Part shown: positions 51,115 to 59,868 of the stretch, in pieces
Position numbering within the stretch: the stretch's first letter is position 1
How the letters are laid out: every line of letters starts with the position of its first letter
Origin: an uncultured Chloroflexota bacterium
GTDB taxonomy: Bacteria > Chloroflexota > Chloroflexia > Thermomicrobiales > UBA6265
Length of the DNA stretch: 64,000 bases
NCBI GenBank assembly: GCA_937870845.1
Contig: CALMZR010000216.1
Location: 4,464-68,463 of the forward strand
Reading direction: 5' to 3'
Notes under the pieces: model-generated
What the model was told of the DNA's origin: nothing
The model's database searches: none
What the model saw: only the letters and a program-made list of their open reading frames with translations
Made by a program: the position numbers and the translations under genes

Positions 51115-52004
51115 GCGCAGTTGCCAGGCAACCGGAGGGCGCGTTCGCCAAATGCTCGAGCCCAAGGCCGGAGCGCATCGGGCTGGTCGCCGCCAGGAGC
51201 AAAGACGAGGCGCGGGAGCTGGCGGTCGGCGTCGCCGATACGCTGGCGACGGCCGGCGTGGATGTCATCGAGGAGGAACAGCTCGCGGCAACCGGCGTGC
51301 GCGAGGTCGACGCCATCGTTGTCCTCGGCGGCGACGGCCTGATGATGCGCGCCGCCACCGCCTACCCCGACGTGCCCCTCCTGGGCATCAACTTCGGCAA
51401 TGTGGGGTTCCTGGCGCTGGTCGAACGCAAGGACTGGCAGCAGGCGATTGCGTCCCTGCTCGCTGGTGAGTTCGCCATTCAGGAAGGCTCGACGCTGGAG
51501 GCGACCCTCGTCCGCCAGGCCGACAGCGTGTCGCAGGGCTGGGCGATCAACGACGTGGTCGTTAGAGCAGGCAACCGCATGGTCGACGTCGAGCTCTACA
51601 TCGATGGCCACTTCGTTAATACCTATCCCGGCGACGGCATGATCGTGGCCACCCCTCACGGCAGCACCGCATACTGCATGGCCGCAGGGGGACCCATTCT
51701 CACTGCGGGCGTGCGCGGCTTCGCGATCGCGCCAATCTCCTGCCACAGCCCGATCCGCACGCCGCTGGTCGTTCCCGAGGAAGCCGCCATCGAGATGGTC
51801 GTCGCCAACCACCACGACGCCTCGCTCATCGTCGATGGCCGCGAAATGACGACGCTGGAGCGGCTGGATGTGGTCCAGGTGCGTCGTGGTGAGCACGCCT
51901 TCCGCCTCGTCACGCTCGGCTCCACGAACTTCTACGAAGCGTTCCGCACCAAGTTCAACTTCCGCATCCGGCCCGACGCCATCCCCAGCCGGGGGAGTTC
52001 ATAA
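51111..52004 (+). CDS. nadK: NAD kinase
   Basis: GTG 51111 overlaps the SEDS gene stop. ...AIVVLGGDGLMMRAA...GINFGNVGFLA...NDVVV...GDGMIVATPHGSTAYCMAAGGPI... Confidence 0.9.
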   Translation: MSAVARQPEGAFAKCSSPRPERIGLVAARSKDEARELAVGVADTLATAGVDVIEEEQLAATGVREVDAIVVLGGDGLMMRAATAYPDVPLLGINFGNVGFLALVERKDWQQAIASLLAGEFAIQEGSTLEATLVRQADSVSQGWAINDVVVRAGNRMVDVELYIDGHFVNTYPGDGMIVATPHGSTAYCMAAGGPILTAGVRGFAIAPISCHSPIRTPLVVPEEAAIEMVVANHHDASLIVDGREMTTLERLDVVQVRRGEHAFRLVTLGSTNFYEAFRTKFNFRIRPDAIPSRGSS

Positions 52005-52018
52005 CGAACATTCGTTCT
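52005..52018. promoter_or_regulatory. LexA (SOS) box CGAACATTCGTTCT upstream of ruvB
   Basis: GAAC-N4-GTTC palindrome located at the -35 position relative to TATACT 52030-52035. Confidence 0.65.
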
Positions 52019-52026
52019 GAACATTC

Positions 52027-52035
52027 TGCTATACT
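52027..52035 (+). promoter_or_regulatory. Extended -10 TGCTATACT of ruvB, with the ATG 7 nt downstream (leaderless mRNA candidate)
   Basis: TGCTATACTcgcggcATG read directly from the sequence. There is no room for an SD. Confidence 0.45.
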
Positions 52036-52041
52036 CGCGGC

Positions 52042-53133
52042 ATGTCCAGCGCGGGCTCTACTTCCATTCGCAGCAGCGCTCAACCGGCTCCATCCCCCGA
52101 GCGCGCCGTCACGTCGCGCCAACTCGCCGAAGACGCACCGATCGAACGCAGCCTGCGGCCCCGACGCCTGGCCGAATACATCGGTCAGGAGCGCGTCAAG
52201 GAGACGTTGCAGGTCTTCATCGACGCCGCCAAGCAGCGCGGCGAGTCGCTTGACCACGTCCTCTTTTATGGACCGCCGGGGCTCGGCAAGACAACCCTGG
52301 CAACCATCATTGCCGCCGAAATGGGTGTCAGCCTCCGCGTTACCTCCGGGCCCGCGATCGAGCGCCAAGGCGATCTCGTCTCCATTCTCACGAACCTGAA
52401 GGCCGGGGATGTGCTCTTTATCGACGAGATCCACCGCCTCAATCGGGTGGTCGAGGAGGTTCTATACTCCGCGATGGAGGACTTTGCTGTCGACATCGTC
52501 CTCGGCAAAGGCCCGGCCGCCCGAACGATGCGCATTAACCTGCCGCGTTTCACCCTCGTCGGGGCCACCACTCGGTTAGCGCTCCTGACCGGTCCCCTGC
52601 GCGATCGATTCGGCTCCGTTCTGCGACTCGATTTCTACAGCCACGACGCGATGGAGGAGATCGTCAATCGCTCGGCGTTGGTGCTCGACGTGCCCATTTC
52701 CGCGGACGGCGCCCGCGCTCTGGCTGAGCGGGCCAGGGGCACCCCCCGCGTCGCTAACCGCTTGCTCAAGCGGGCGCGCGACTTCGCTGAGGTGCGCGGC
52801 CAGGGGGCCATCACCGACCAGATCGCCGCGGACGCCCTGCGCATGCTTGACATCGACGAGCTCGGGCTGGACGACATCGACCGCCGCATCCTCCGCTCGA
52901 TCGTGGAAAAATTCGGCGGCGGCCCCGTCGGCATCGACACCCTGGCGGCGGCCATCAGCGAAGAGACCGACACCATCATGGATGTCTACGAGCCTTACTT
53001 GATCCAGCTCGGATTCCTCCAGCGCACCCCGCGGGGCCGCATCGCCACCGACGGCGCCTACGAGCACCTCGGCCTGACGCCGCCCCCCGCGCTGTCGCAG
53101 CAGCCGTTCCTCTTCGGCGGGGTCAAGGGTTGA
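52042..53133 (+). CDS. ruvB: Holliday junction branch migration helicase RuvB
   Basis: ...[19 protein letters not shown]...[16 protein letters not shown]...[10 protein letters not shown]...GATTR... Confidence 0.96.
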   Translation: MSSAGSTSIRSSAQPAPSPERAVTSRQLAEDAPIERSLRPRRLAEYIGQERVKETLQVFIDAAKQRGESLDHVLFYGPPGLGKTTLATIIAAEMGVSLRVTSGPAIERQGDLVSILTNLKAGDVLFIDEIHRLNRVVEEVLYSAMEDFAVDIVLGKGPAARTMRINLPRFTLVGATTRLALLTGPLRDRFGSVLRLDFYSHDAMEEIVNRSALVLDVPISADGARALAERARGTPRVANRLLKRARDFAEVRGQGAITDQIAADALRMLDIDELGLDDIDRRILRSIVEKFGGGPVGIDTLAAAISEETDTIMDVYEPYLIQLGFLQRTPRGRIATDGAYEHLGLTPPPALSQQPFLFGGVKG

Positions 53134-54206
53134 CAGCCGGAGTCCATCCTGCCTCAGCCGCGGACACGGTGGATGTCGCGGACTACGAGTACGATCTGCC
53201 TCCCGAGTTGATCGCCCAATCACCCTTGGCTCACCGCGACGGCTCGCGCCTGATGGTGCTGGAGAAGCGCACCGGCACGATTCATCACGCGCACTTTGCC
53301 GATCTGGGGCAATGGCTCTCACCGGGCGATCTGCTGGTCGCGAACAACAGCCGCGTCATCCCGGCCAAGCTGCGAGGCGTTCGACTGCCGAGCGGTGGCA
53401 AAGTCGAGATCCTCCTCCTCCGCAAGTCGGGCGAGGTCTGGAGCGCGCTCGCCAAGCCGGCCAAGCGACTCGGTCGCGGCACGCGGCTGGCGTTTCCGTC
53501 GCACTCGCCCTCGGGCGTCCCAGCCTCGGCGATTGTCGAGGACAGCATCGGTCAAGGAGAGGTGCATATCCGTTTCGAAGGCGGAGCAGACCGGCATCTC
53601 GACGAATACGGAGAGACGCCGCTCCCCCCGTACATCACCGTGCCGCTCGCCAGCGCCGAACGCTACCAAACGACGTTCGGCCGCGTCCCAGGCTCGGTCG
53701 CCGCCCCGACAGCCGGACTGCACTTCACGCCTGAGCTAATCGAATGTCTGCGGACTAGAGGCGTCGCCTGGGCGGAAGTCACCCTCCACGTCGGCCTGGA
53801 CACCTTTCGCCCCATGACCAGCGCGGACGCCAGGGATCATCGCATTCACAGCGAATGGTGCGAAGTTTCCGACGATACCGCTCTCGCCATCGCCGCGTGC
53901 CGGCGGCGCAGTGGCAGAGTGATCGCCGTCGGCACCACGTCGGCGCGGACACTTGAAACCCTCGGCGGCCACTGGCACGACGCTCGCCCGGCCGGGATCC
54001 GCGGCATGACCGACACGTTCATCATTCCCGGCCACGGCTGGACGTTGGTCGATGCGCTGTTGACCAATTTTCACCTGCCGCGTTCAACATTGCTGCTGCT
54101 GGTAAGCGCCTTGGCTGGCCGGGAGTCGATACTGCACGCCTATGCGGAGGCGATTCGCCACGGGTATCGTTTCTACTCGTTTGGCGATGCCATGCTCATC
54201 GTATGA
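53130..54206 (+). CDS. queA: S-adenosylmethionine:tRNA ribosyltransferase-isomerase
   Basis: ...[25 protein letters not shown]...TPLPPYI...[22 protein letters not shown]...AVGTTS.RTLE...[13 protein letters not shown]... Confidence 0.95.
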   Translation: MTAGVHPASAADTVDVADYEYDLPPELIAQSPLAHRDGSRLMVLEKRTGTIHHAHFADLGQWLSPGDLLVANNSRVIPAKLRGVRLPSGGKVEILLLRKSGEVWSALAKPAKRLGRGTRLAFPSHSPSGVPASAIVEDSIGQGEVHIRFEGGADRHLDEYGETPLPPYITVPLASAERYQTTFGRVPGSVAAPTAGLHFTPELIECLRTRGVAWAEVTLHVGLDTFRPMTSADARDHRIHSEWCEVSDDTALAIAACRRRSGRVIAVGTTSARTLETLGGHWHDARPAGIRGMTDTFIIPGHGWTLVDALLTNFHLPRSTLLLLVSALAGRESILHAYAEAIRHGYRFYSFGDAMLIV

Positions 54207-54217
54207 GGCCTGAGTGA

Positions 54218-54961
54218 ATGATGCGAAAGACGCAAGAGGCGCTCACGACGAGCGCTGGCAGGACGTTCGGATGCGACGGCGTACGCCGTGCAGGGGTGCT
54301 CGCCTCGGCGGCAATCATCCTCACGGGCTGCGGAGCGACGCCCGGCGCGACGATGTCGGCGCAGGCGCCGCCCGGGACGCCGACAGCAACCTCGTGTTGG
54401 ACCGACGAGCAGCGAGTCACGGAAGGAGAAGACATGCCAGCCCAGTATTCGGCCCCGCCCGCGATGCGGATCGACCCTGCAAAAACCTACACGGGCACGA
54501 TCGAAACCAACAAGGGCTCCATTGAGTTCGAGCTGTACCCTGAGGACGCCCCGCAAACGGTCAACAACTTCGTTTGCCTAGCCGAGGACGGCTACTTTGA
54601 CGACACGCCGTTCCACCGCATCGTCAAGGGCTTCGTGATTCAGGGCGGAGATCCCACTGGCGCCGGAACCGGCGGCCCCGGCTACCGCTTTGACGATGAG
54701 CCGGTCACGAAGGACTACGAACGCGGCATTCTGGCCATGGCCAACGCCGGCCCGAACACGAATGGGAGTCAGTTCTTCATCGTACTGGAAGACTTGCGCG
54801 GGCGGCTGCCCAAGAACTACACAATCTTCGGCCGAGTCACAAACGGTTTCGACGCCGTGGACGCAATCGCCAACACGCCAACAGTGGCCAACCGTGGCGG
54901 CGAGCAGTCAACGCCGACGGAGCAAGTGACCCTGGAGAACGTCACGATCACCGAATCCTGA
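54218..54961 (+). CDS. Cyclophilin-type peptidyl-prolyl isomerase, probable lipoprotein
   Basis: Lipobox ...AAIILTGC. The domain reads ...FHRIVKGFVIQGGDPTG.GTGGPGY.F.DE...G.LAMANAGPNTNGSQFFI... Confidence 0.9.
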   Translation: MMRKTQEALTTSAGRTFGCDGVRRAGVLASAAIILTGCGATPGATMSAQAPPGTPTATSCWTDEQRVTEGEDMPAQYSAPPAMRIDPAKTYTGTIETNKGSIEFELYPEDAPQTVNNFVCLAEDGYFDDTPFHRIVKGFVIQGGDPTGAGTGGPGYRFDDEPVTKDYERGILAMANAGPNTNGSQFFIVLEDLRGRLPKNYTIFGRVTNGFDAVDAIANTPTVANRGGEQSTPTEQVTLENVTITES

Positions 54962-55027
54962 AACCGAGTCGAATCGAGCGTCGCGGAGCTTCCCGGCCGC
55001 AGTCAGCAACGAAGAGGAACCACATCG

Positions 55028-55056
55028 GGGGCGGAGCCGGAAACCCGGCCCCGCCC
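55028..55056. terminator. Strong GC hairpin between convergent genes (bidirectional terminator candidate)
   Basis: GGGCGGAGCCGG-aaac-CCGGCCCCGCCC, a 12-bp stem with one mismatch. Confidence 0.5.
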
Positions 55057-55068
55057 TGGTTCGTGGCA

Positions 55069-55293
55069 TCAGGCCGCGAGGTCGTGCTCGCGACAAACAT
55101 CCTCATATTCGCCAAGCAATTTGATCCAGAAGCTCTCCCATTCGCTGACGTCCGTGCCGGCCAACGCGGCCTGGTCGATCCGCCGATAACCGTCCTCGAG
55201 CCGCCGCTCGAGCGTTTCCCGGCGTGAGTCGTGAACCTGGGCCAAAGTTCCCGCGGTCTCCACCTCGGCGGTGAAACCTGCATCAGCCATCAT
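55069..55293 (-). CDS. Hypothetical 74-aa acidic helical protein, second gene of the SOS-box operon
   Basis: ATG 55293 is preceded by GGGGAG with a 6-nt spacing. The sequence is MMADAGFTAEVETAGTLAQVHDSRRETLERRLEDGYRRIDQAALAGTDVSEWESFWIKLLGEYEDVCREHDLAA. No family recognised. Confidence 0.5.
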   Translation of the reverse strand: MMADAGFTAEVETAGTLAQVHDSRRETLERRLEDGYRRIDQAALAGTDVSEWESFWIKLLGEYEDVCREHDLAA

Positions 55294-55347
55294 TGCGAAC
55301 TCCCCGTGATGGTACACGTTCCCGCCAACCGAGCGACGACGACGCGC

Positions 55348-55977
55348 CTACGAAGCCAGCTTTGCCCCCGCGGCCAGCGTCTGGATCAGGTCGATAAGCG
55401 TCGAGGCATCGCGCCGGCTGAGCGCCGCCGCCTGCACCCCAAACTCCTGCATCGCCCGCTCATCGAGCGCGGCCCCGTCGAGCCCTGCCTCGCGAGCCAC
55501 CGCTTGCAGATAGCGGAGCTGGCGCTGCGTGGCGCCCTGGTCGGGACCGATCGCCGCCACCGCCGCCGGTTCCGCACGCTCGCGAGCCGCGTCCTGCCGA
55601 GCCGGCCGCGCTGGTTTGATCGGAGAGTCGACCACCCTGCCGTACGCCGCGCCGAACTCGTGGTCGGGGCAGAACTGGGTGCCGAACCCAAGAGCGGCCA
55701 GCGCTCTGCCGATCGCCTTCGTCTCCGCCTTCTCCAGATAGTCGCGGAAATCGCCTGCCGCTTCGCTACCCCAGCCGGTCGCCGAGCCGGCGCCCGGGAT
55801 CTGGACCTGGGCGCGGAAAATCGCCGTGTCGTCGTGGTGCGACACCAACTCCGTCTCGACCGTCGCGTCGGGGTGCCGGTCGCGCAGCCAGACCAATCGC
55901 CACTTGACTTCGAGGTACTCCGATCCGTTCACGCGGGTCAGGTAGCGAGCCGGATCGAACGGGGTCTCCGAGGCCAT
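55348..55977 (-). CDS. Hypothetical protein with Rad52-like single-strand-annealing-protein motif pattern
   Basis: ...YLEVKWRLVWLRDRHPDATVETELV...AIFRAQVQIPGAGSATGWGSEAAGDFRDYLEKAETKAIGRALAALGFGTQF... resembles the Rad52/DdrA/Sak core (beta-hairpin, then h-K-A-x-T/S-x-A-h-x-R-x-h-x-x-h-G-h-G). GGAGGA lies 5 nt before the ATG. Confidence 0.6.
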   Translation of the reverse strand: MASETPFDPARYLTRVNGSEYLEVKWRLVWLRDRHPDATVETELVSHHDDTAIFRAQVQIPGAGSATGWGSEAAGDFRDYLEKAETKAIGRALAALGFGTQFCPDHEFGAAYGRVVDSPIKPARPARQDAARERAEPAAVAAIGPDQGATQRQLRYLQAVAREAGLDGAALDERAMQEFGVQAAALSRRDASTLIDLIQTLAAGAKLAS

Positions 55978-55995
55978 GTCTTTCCTCCGTCGTTT

Positions 55996-56009
55996 AGAAC
56001 CTTTGTTCT
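55996..56009. promoter_or_regulatory. LexA (SOS) box AGAACCTTTGTTCT
   Basis: GAAC-N4-GTTC palindrome 7 nt downstream of the -10 of the 55977 gene promoter and 19 nt upstream of its ATG. Confidence 0.65.
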
Positions 56010-56016
56010 GATTGGA

Positions 56017-56045
56017 ATTGTAGAAGGCGCTTGCACCCCTGTCAA
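56017..56045 (-). promoter_or_regulatory. Near-consensus sigma-70 promoter of the SSAP-like operon
   Basis: The minus strand reads TTGACA (56045-56040), a 17-nt spacer, then TACAAT (56022-56017). Confidence 0.55.
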
Positions 56046-56128
56046 GCGGTCACCGACCCGTTAGCTCAGCACGAGGAGCCAGTGCTAGGGTCCCACCAGC
56101 GTGTGACGAATGTCACGGAATTACCCCA

Positions 56129-56137
56129 TGCTATACT
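56129..56137 (+). promoter_or_regulatory. Extended -10 TGCTATACT (candidate dnaN promoter)
   Basis: The 9-mer is identical to the one at ruvB. It lies 46 nt upstream of the dnaN start. Confidence 0.4.
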
Positions 56138-56182
56138 CGGCGCCGATGTGTACGGACAGTCACAAGGCAGGGGTCGGCTGAG

Positions 56183-57325
56183 GTGGATGTCTCCTCTCCC
56201 CAGGACGTGTTGCAGCGGGCGCTGGCCCAAGTTGGTCGCGCCGTGGCGACCCGAACCACATTCCCTGTCTTGAGCAACGTCCTCATCGACGCCGAAGGCG
56301 ATGCCGTCCGCCTCGCCGCGACCAACCAGGAGATTGGCATCACCACCTGGATTCCGGCCCAGGTCAACGAACCTGGTCGCGTCACGGTTGACGCCCGTCT
56401 GCTTTCCGAGTTTGTCAACACGCTGCCCCGCGAACCGGTCCAACTGACCACAGACGCCGGGCGCTTCGTCCTCAAGGTGCGCGGGCTCGGCGCCGACGCT
56501 GAGATCAATGGCATCGACGCCGAGGAGTTCCCGGTCTTTCCGCGCCTGGAAGATGGCGCCTTCTCCGCCTCCGTCGATCCCCAGGTGCTGCGTGAGATGA
56601 TCGGACTGGTGGAGTTCGCCGCGGCCAGCGACGACAGCCGCCCCGTGCTTGCCGGCGTCCTCATCCGGTTTGAAGAGGACCGCGTCACGATGGCCGCCGC
56701 GGACGGGTTCCGGCTCGCGGTGCGAGAAGGCGAGTTGAGCGCACCGGCGCCCGAGCGGCTCGACGTCATCGTGCCGGCCAGAGCCCTGCGGGAGCTGGCC
56801 CGGATCATCGCCGACCAGACCGAACCGATCGAGCTCAAGGTAACGCCGAACCGCGGCCAGCTCATCGTGCAGACGAGCGACACCGAGTTCTACTCGCGGC
56901 TCATCGACGGCACCTTTCCCGATTTCCGCCAGATCGTGCCGCGCGACTTTGCCACACGCCTCGAGTTCGGCCGCGACGATTTCCTCGCCGCCGTGCGCCG
57001 CGCCAGCTTCTTCGCCCGCGACAACAACGACGTGGTGCGCATCAACGCCCGCGCTGGCGAGGATGAGCTCGCTCCCGGCCACGTCGAGGTTTCCGCCAAC
57101 GCCGCCGAACGCGGCAGCAGCCAGAGCCACGTGTCCGCCTCCGTGCTCGGCCCCGAGGGTCAGATCGCGTTCAACAGCCGCTATCTCGTCGACGTGCTCA
57201 ACGTGTTGCGGTCGAGCCGCGTCATGCTAGGTATGAATGGGGCCAACCAGGCCGGCGTGGTCCGCCCCCTCGACGCCGACAGCTACACCTACGTGATCAT
57301 GCCGATGGTCATCGGCGCTAACTGA
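56183..57325 (+). CDS. dnaN: DNA polymerase III beta sliding clamp
   Basis: ...LQRALAQVGRAVATRTTFPVLSNVLIDAEGDAVRLAATNQEIGI...LIDGTFPDFRQIVP...YVIMPM... GTG start. Confidence 0.95.
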   Translation: MDVSSPQDVLQRALAQVGRAVATRTTFPVLSNVLIDAEGDAVRLAATNQEIGITTWIPAQVNEPGRVTVDARLLSEFVNTLPREPVQLTTDAGRFVLKVRGLGADAEINGIDAEEFPVFPRLEDGAFSASVDPQVLREMIGLVEFAAASDDSRPVLAGVLIRFEEDRVTMAAADGFRLAVREGELSAPAPERLDVIVPARALRELARIIADQTEPIELKVTPNRGQLIVQTSDTEFYSRLIDGTFPDFRQIVPRDFATRLEFGRDDFLAAVRRASFFARDNNDVVRINARAGEDELAPGHVEVSANAAERGSSQSHVSASVLGPEGQIAFNSRYLVDVLNVLRSSRVMLGMNGANQAGVVRPLDADSYTYVIMPMVIGAN

Positions 57326-57347
57326 CCCCGGCGGGCGTTGCCTCCTC

Positions 57348-58559
57348 ATGCATCTGCGGGAGCTGGAGCTTGATGAGTTTCGCTCCTTTCGCAGCCTGCG
57401 CCTTCCCGTCGAGCCAGCAGGCTTCCGCGCGATCGGCCGCAACGCCAGTGGGAAATCGACGTTGCTCGAAGCAATCGCCATGTTGGCGACCACCCGCTCC
57501 CCGCGGACCTCGAGCGAACGGGAGATTGCCAACTGGCAAAGCGGCAAGGATCTGGCGGTTCCTCCCTATGCTCGGCTTCGCGGCGCATTCGAACGAATCG
57601 ATGGAGCGCACGAGATCGAGATCCGGCTGACCCTCGATGCAGCAGGGAACGGACCACTCAGGAAACAGGCCCGTCTCGATGACCGTCCGGTGCGCGCGGT
57701 CGACGCTGTGGGCCAGTTCAAGACCGTCCTCTTCGGCCCCGAAGACGTCGACCTGATCGCCGGTCCACCGTCCAGCCGTCGCCGCTACCTGGACATCGCC
57801 ATCAGCCAAGGCAGCCGGGATTACCTGCGGAGCCTGAGCCGATACGCTAGGGTCCTCGAGCAGCGCAACAGCCTTCTGCGTGTATTTTCCAGAGAAGGCG
57901 TCGGCTCCGCGTCCAAGCGGCCGGCGCAGGAACTGCCATTCTGGAACGCCGAGCTGGCGGCGGCTGCGGCGGACGTCCTCGCCTCCCGCATCGGCGTAGC
58001 CAACTACCTGAGTGATCGTGCAAGCGCCCACTTTGCGGCGCTCACTGGCGACGAATCCCTTGCCGTGGCTTACAGTTCTTCCAAGATTCAGCTCCCGTCC
58101 CACCTTCCATCATTCACCGACTGGCGCTCGCCTCCAACCGAAACCCGCCAGGCGCTGGCGGTCGCTGTGGCAAACGCCCTCGATGCGCATAGCGGCGAAG
58201 AGTTCCGTCGCGGCGTCACCGCGGCAGGCCCTCACCGCGACGATCTCCAGATCACGGCGCATGGTGTCGCTCTGGGCCGATTCGGCTCGCGCGGCCAGCA
58301 ACGCCTGGCCGTCATTGCGATCAAGCTCGCCGAGTTCGATCTCCTCGAAGATGCCGCGGGCGAGCCGCCGACTCTTCTCCTCGACGACGTGCTGTCGGAG
58401 CTCGACGCGATCCACCGCCAGAAGCTCATCTCCGTGCTTGCGGAGCGGCGGGCGCAGATCTGCGTCACCGCCACCGATATGAGCGACCTCGACTCGCCCG
58501 CGCTGGCCCACTTGCCGCTCGTTACAATTCGCCACGGGTCGGTGGCGCCCGGCGGCTGA
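57348..58559 (+). CDS. recF: DNA replication and repair protein RecF
   Basis: MHLRELELDEFRSFRSLRLPVEPAGFRAIGRNASGKSTLLEAI... (Walker A) ...GSRGQQRLAVIAIKLAE... (signature) ...LLLDDVLSELD... (Walker B). Confidence 0.94.
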   Translation: MHLRELELDEFRSFRSLRLPVEPAGFRAIGRNASGKSTLLEAIAMLATTRSPRTSSEREIANWQSGKDLAVPPYARLRGAFERIDGAHEIEIRLTLDAAGNGPLRKQARLDDRPVRAVDAVGQFKTVLFGPEDVDLIAGPPSSRRRYLDIAISQGSRDYLRSLSRYARVLEQRNSLLRVFSREGVGSASKRPAQELPFWNAELAAAAADVLASRIGVANYLSDRASAHFAALTGDESLAVAYSSSKIQLPSHLPSFTDWRSPPTETRQALAVAVANALDAHSGEEFRRGVTAAGPHRDDLQITAHGVALGRFGSRGQQRLAVIAIKLAEFDLLEDAAGEPPTLLLDDVLSELDAIHRQKLISVLAERRAQICVTATDMSDLDSPALAHLPLVTIRHGSVAPGG

Positions 58560-58593
58560 CCTCGAAGAACTCCAACCCGAACGACGGCCGATC

Positions 58594-59712
58594 ATGCATG
58601 CATACCAGGGGCACGACCAGCGCCAGCTGCGCGGCGAGCGGCCGCCGAGTTCGCTCGGAATCGCCGCGACGTGTCTAATCGTGCTGCTGCAAGCGTGTGC
58701 GCAACCGGCAGCGGGTGAATCCGGGGTTTTCATTGCCTCGCCGGGACGGGGAGCGATCGCACTCCTCGGCCAACCGGCCGGGGCGCCCGTGTGGGCGCCG
58801 AACGGCGATGCGATCGCATGGGCGACCGAAGACGGCCTTTATCGGCGCGAGATAACCGCGAACGCGCCCACGCTCCTCTCAACCCGCGCCGCTGCCGGAC
58901 GGCCGGCCTGGTCCCCTGATGGCGGAGTTCTCGCCATCGTAGACCGCGAGGCGGAAACGCTCGTGGCGCTCGACGCCGCAACCGGGGAAACCCGCTTCGA
59001 GCTCGACATTGCCACCCGCGACGCTCGTCACCGCCCACTCGCTCTCCCGGTCCTCGGCGGGCCCGCTTGGTCCCCGGATGGGACTCGCCTGGCGTTCAAC
59101 TGCTGGGACGGGCATGGCGATGAAATCTGCGTGGTCCAAGCCGATGGATCCGGCAACATTCAGCTCACCCATATCCAAACCCGCCGCACCCCGAGCCAAC
59201 CGCCGCCGGACGCATTTATCCTCGCCTCCTCCAACGCCGGGCCGCCGGCATGGTCTCCCCAGGGGGACGAACTGGCGCTGGCTGTCTATCCGGAACAACG
59301 AGGAGCCGCCTCAGGCGTCTTTGTGGTTGACCTGGTGGCGGGAACAGCGCGGCGAGTCTCCACGCTCCTTCCCAACTCGGAGATCGCCTGGTTTCCGGAC
59401 GGAGGCTCCCTCCTCTTCTCCGCGCGGGACCAAGGTCGCAGCGACGCCTTCAGAGTTCCAACGGCGGCCGAAGCCGGGGAGGCGAAAAGACTCACCGAGG
59501 CCCTGACCAGTGGCGCTCGCGAGCCCGCGCTGTCGCCCGATCAGACCCGTCTTGCGGTCGCCAGCGGCGGCGACGTGGCGATCCTCGACATCCAAGGGAA
59601 CGTACAAGCATCAATCGACGGCGGAATGGCGCACCGCCATCCGGCGTGGAGGCCCGAAGGCGATTGGATCGCATTCGAGGCGGCGCCTGATCCGCTTGAA
59701 AGTTATTCGTAA
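58594..59712 (+). CDS. TolB-like beta-propeller (PD40 repeat) lipoprotein
   Basis: Lipobox ...LIVLLQAC. Repeated ...AWSPDG.. motifs (PAWSPDGGVLA, PAWSPDGTRLAF, PAWSPQGDELA, ALSPDQTRLA). Confidence 0.75.
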   Translation: MHAYQGHDQRQLRGERPPSSLGIAATCLIVLLQACAQPAAGESGVFIASPGRGAIALLGQPAGAPVWAPNGDAIAWATEDGLYRREITANAPTLLSTRAAAGRPAWSPDGGVLAIVDREAETLVALDAATGETRFELDIATRDARHRPLALPVLGGPAWSPDGTRLAFNCWDGHGDEICVVQADGSGNIQLTHIQTRRTPSQPPPDAFILASSNAGPPAWSPQGDELALAVYPEQRGAASGVFVVDLVAGTARRVSTLLPNSEIAWFPDGGSLLFSARDQGRSDAFRVPTAAEAGEAKRLTEALTSGAREPALSPDQTRLAVASGGDVAILDIQGNVQASIDGGMAHRHPAWRPEGDWIAFEAAPDPLESYS

Positions 59713-59756
59713 AGGGATCTTACGGACTCGGGTGCGCCTGAGTGACCTTCTCGGCA

Positions 59757-59830
59757 TGGCTGGGGAGCAGGGATTCGAACCCCAACTACCTGATCCAGAG
59801 TCAGGCGTCCTACCGTTAGACGACTCCCCA
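59757..59830 (-). tRNA. tRNA-Gln (anticodon CTG), CCA encoded
   Basis: Manual cloverleaf on the minus strand. Acceptor TGGGGAG/CTCCCCA, anticodon arm CCTGA-CT-CTG-GA-TCAGG, T loop TTCGAAT, then G-CCA. Two G-U pairs sit in the T stem. Confidence 0.88.
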
Positions 59831-59868
59831 ACGCGGACGGAAAGTCTAGCATGCGGAAACCTCGCCGA

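Noticed and set aside
56050-56095. A tRNA-like fragment (GTTAGCTCAGCACGAGGAGCCAGTGCTAGGGTCCCACC).
   Set aside because: It resembles a D-arm (TAGCTCAG) only superficially. There is no T-loop (GTTCGAATC type), no acceptor pairing and no anticodon arm.
55978-56182. A chromosomal origin (oriC) upstream of dnaN.
   Set aside because: There is no dnaA gene, no cluster of TTATCCACA-like boxes (only a single weak GTGGATG) and no AT-rich unwinding element. The region is explained by two divergent promoters and a LexA box.
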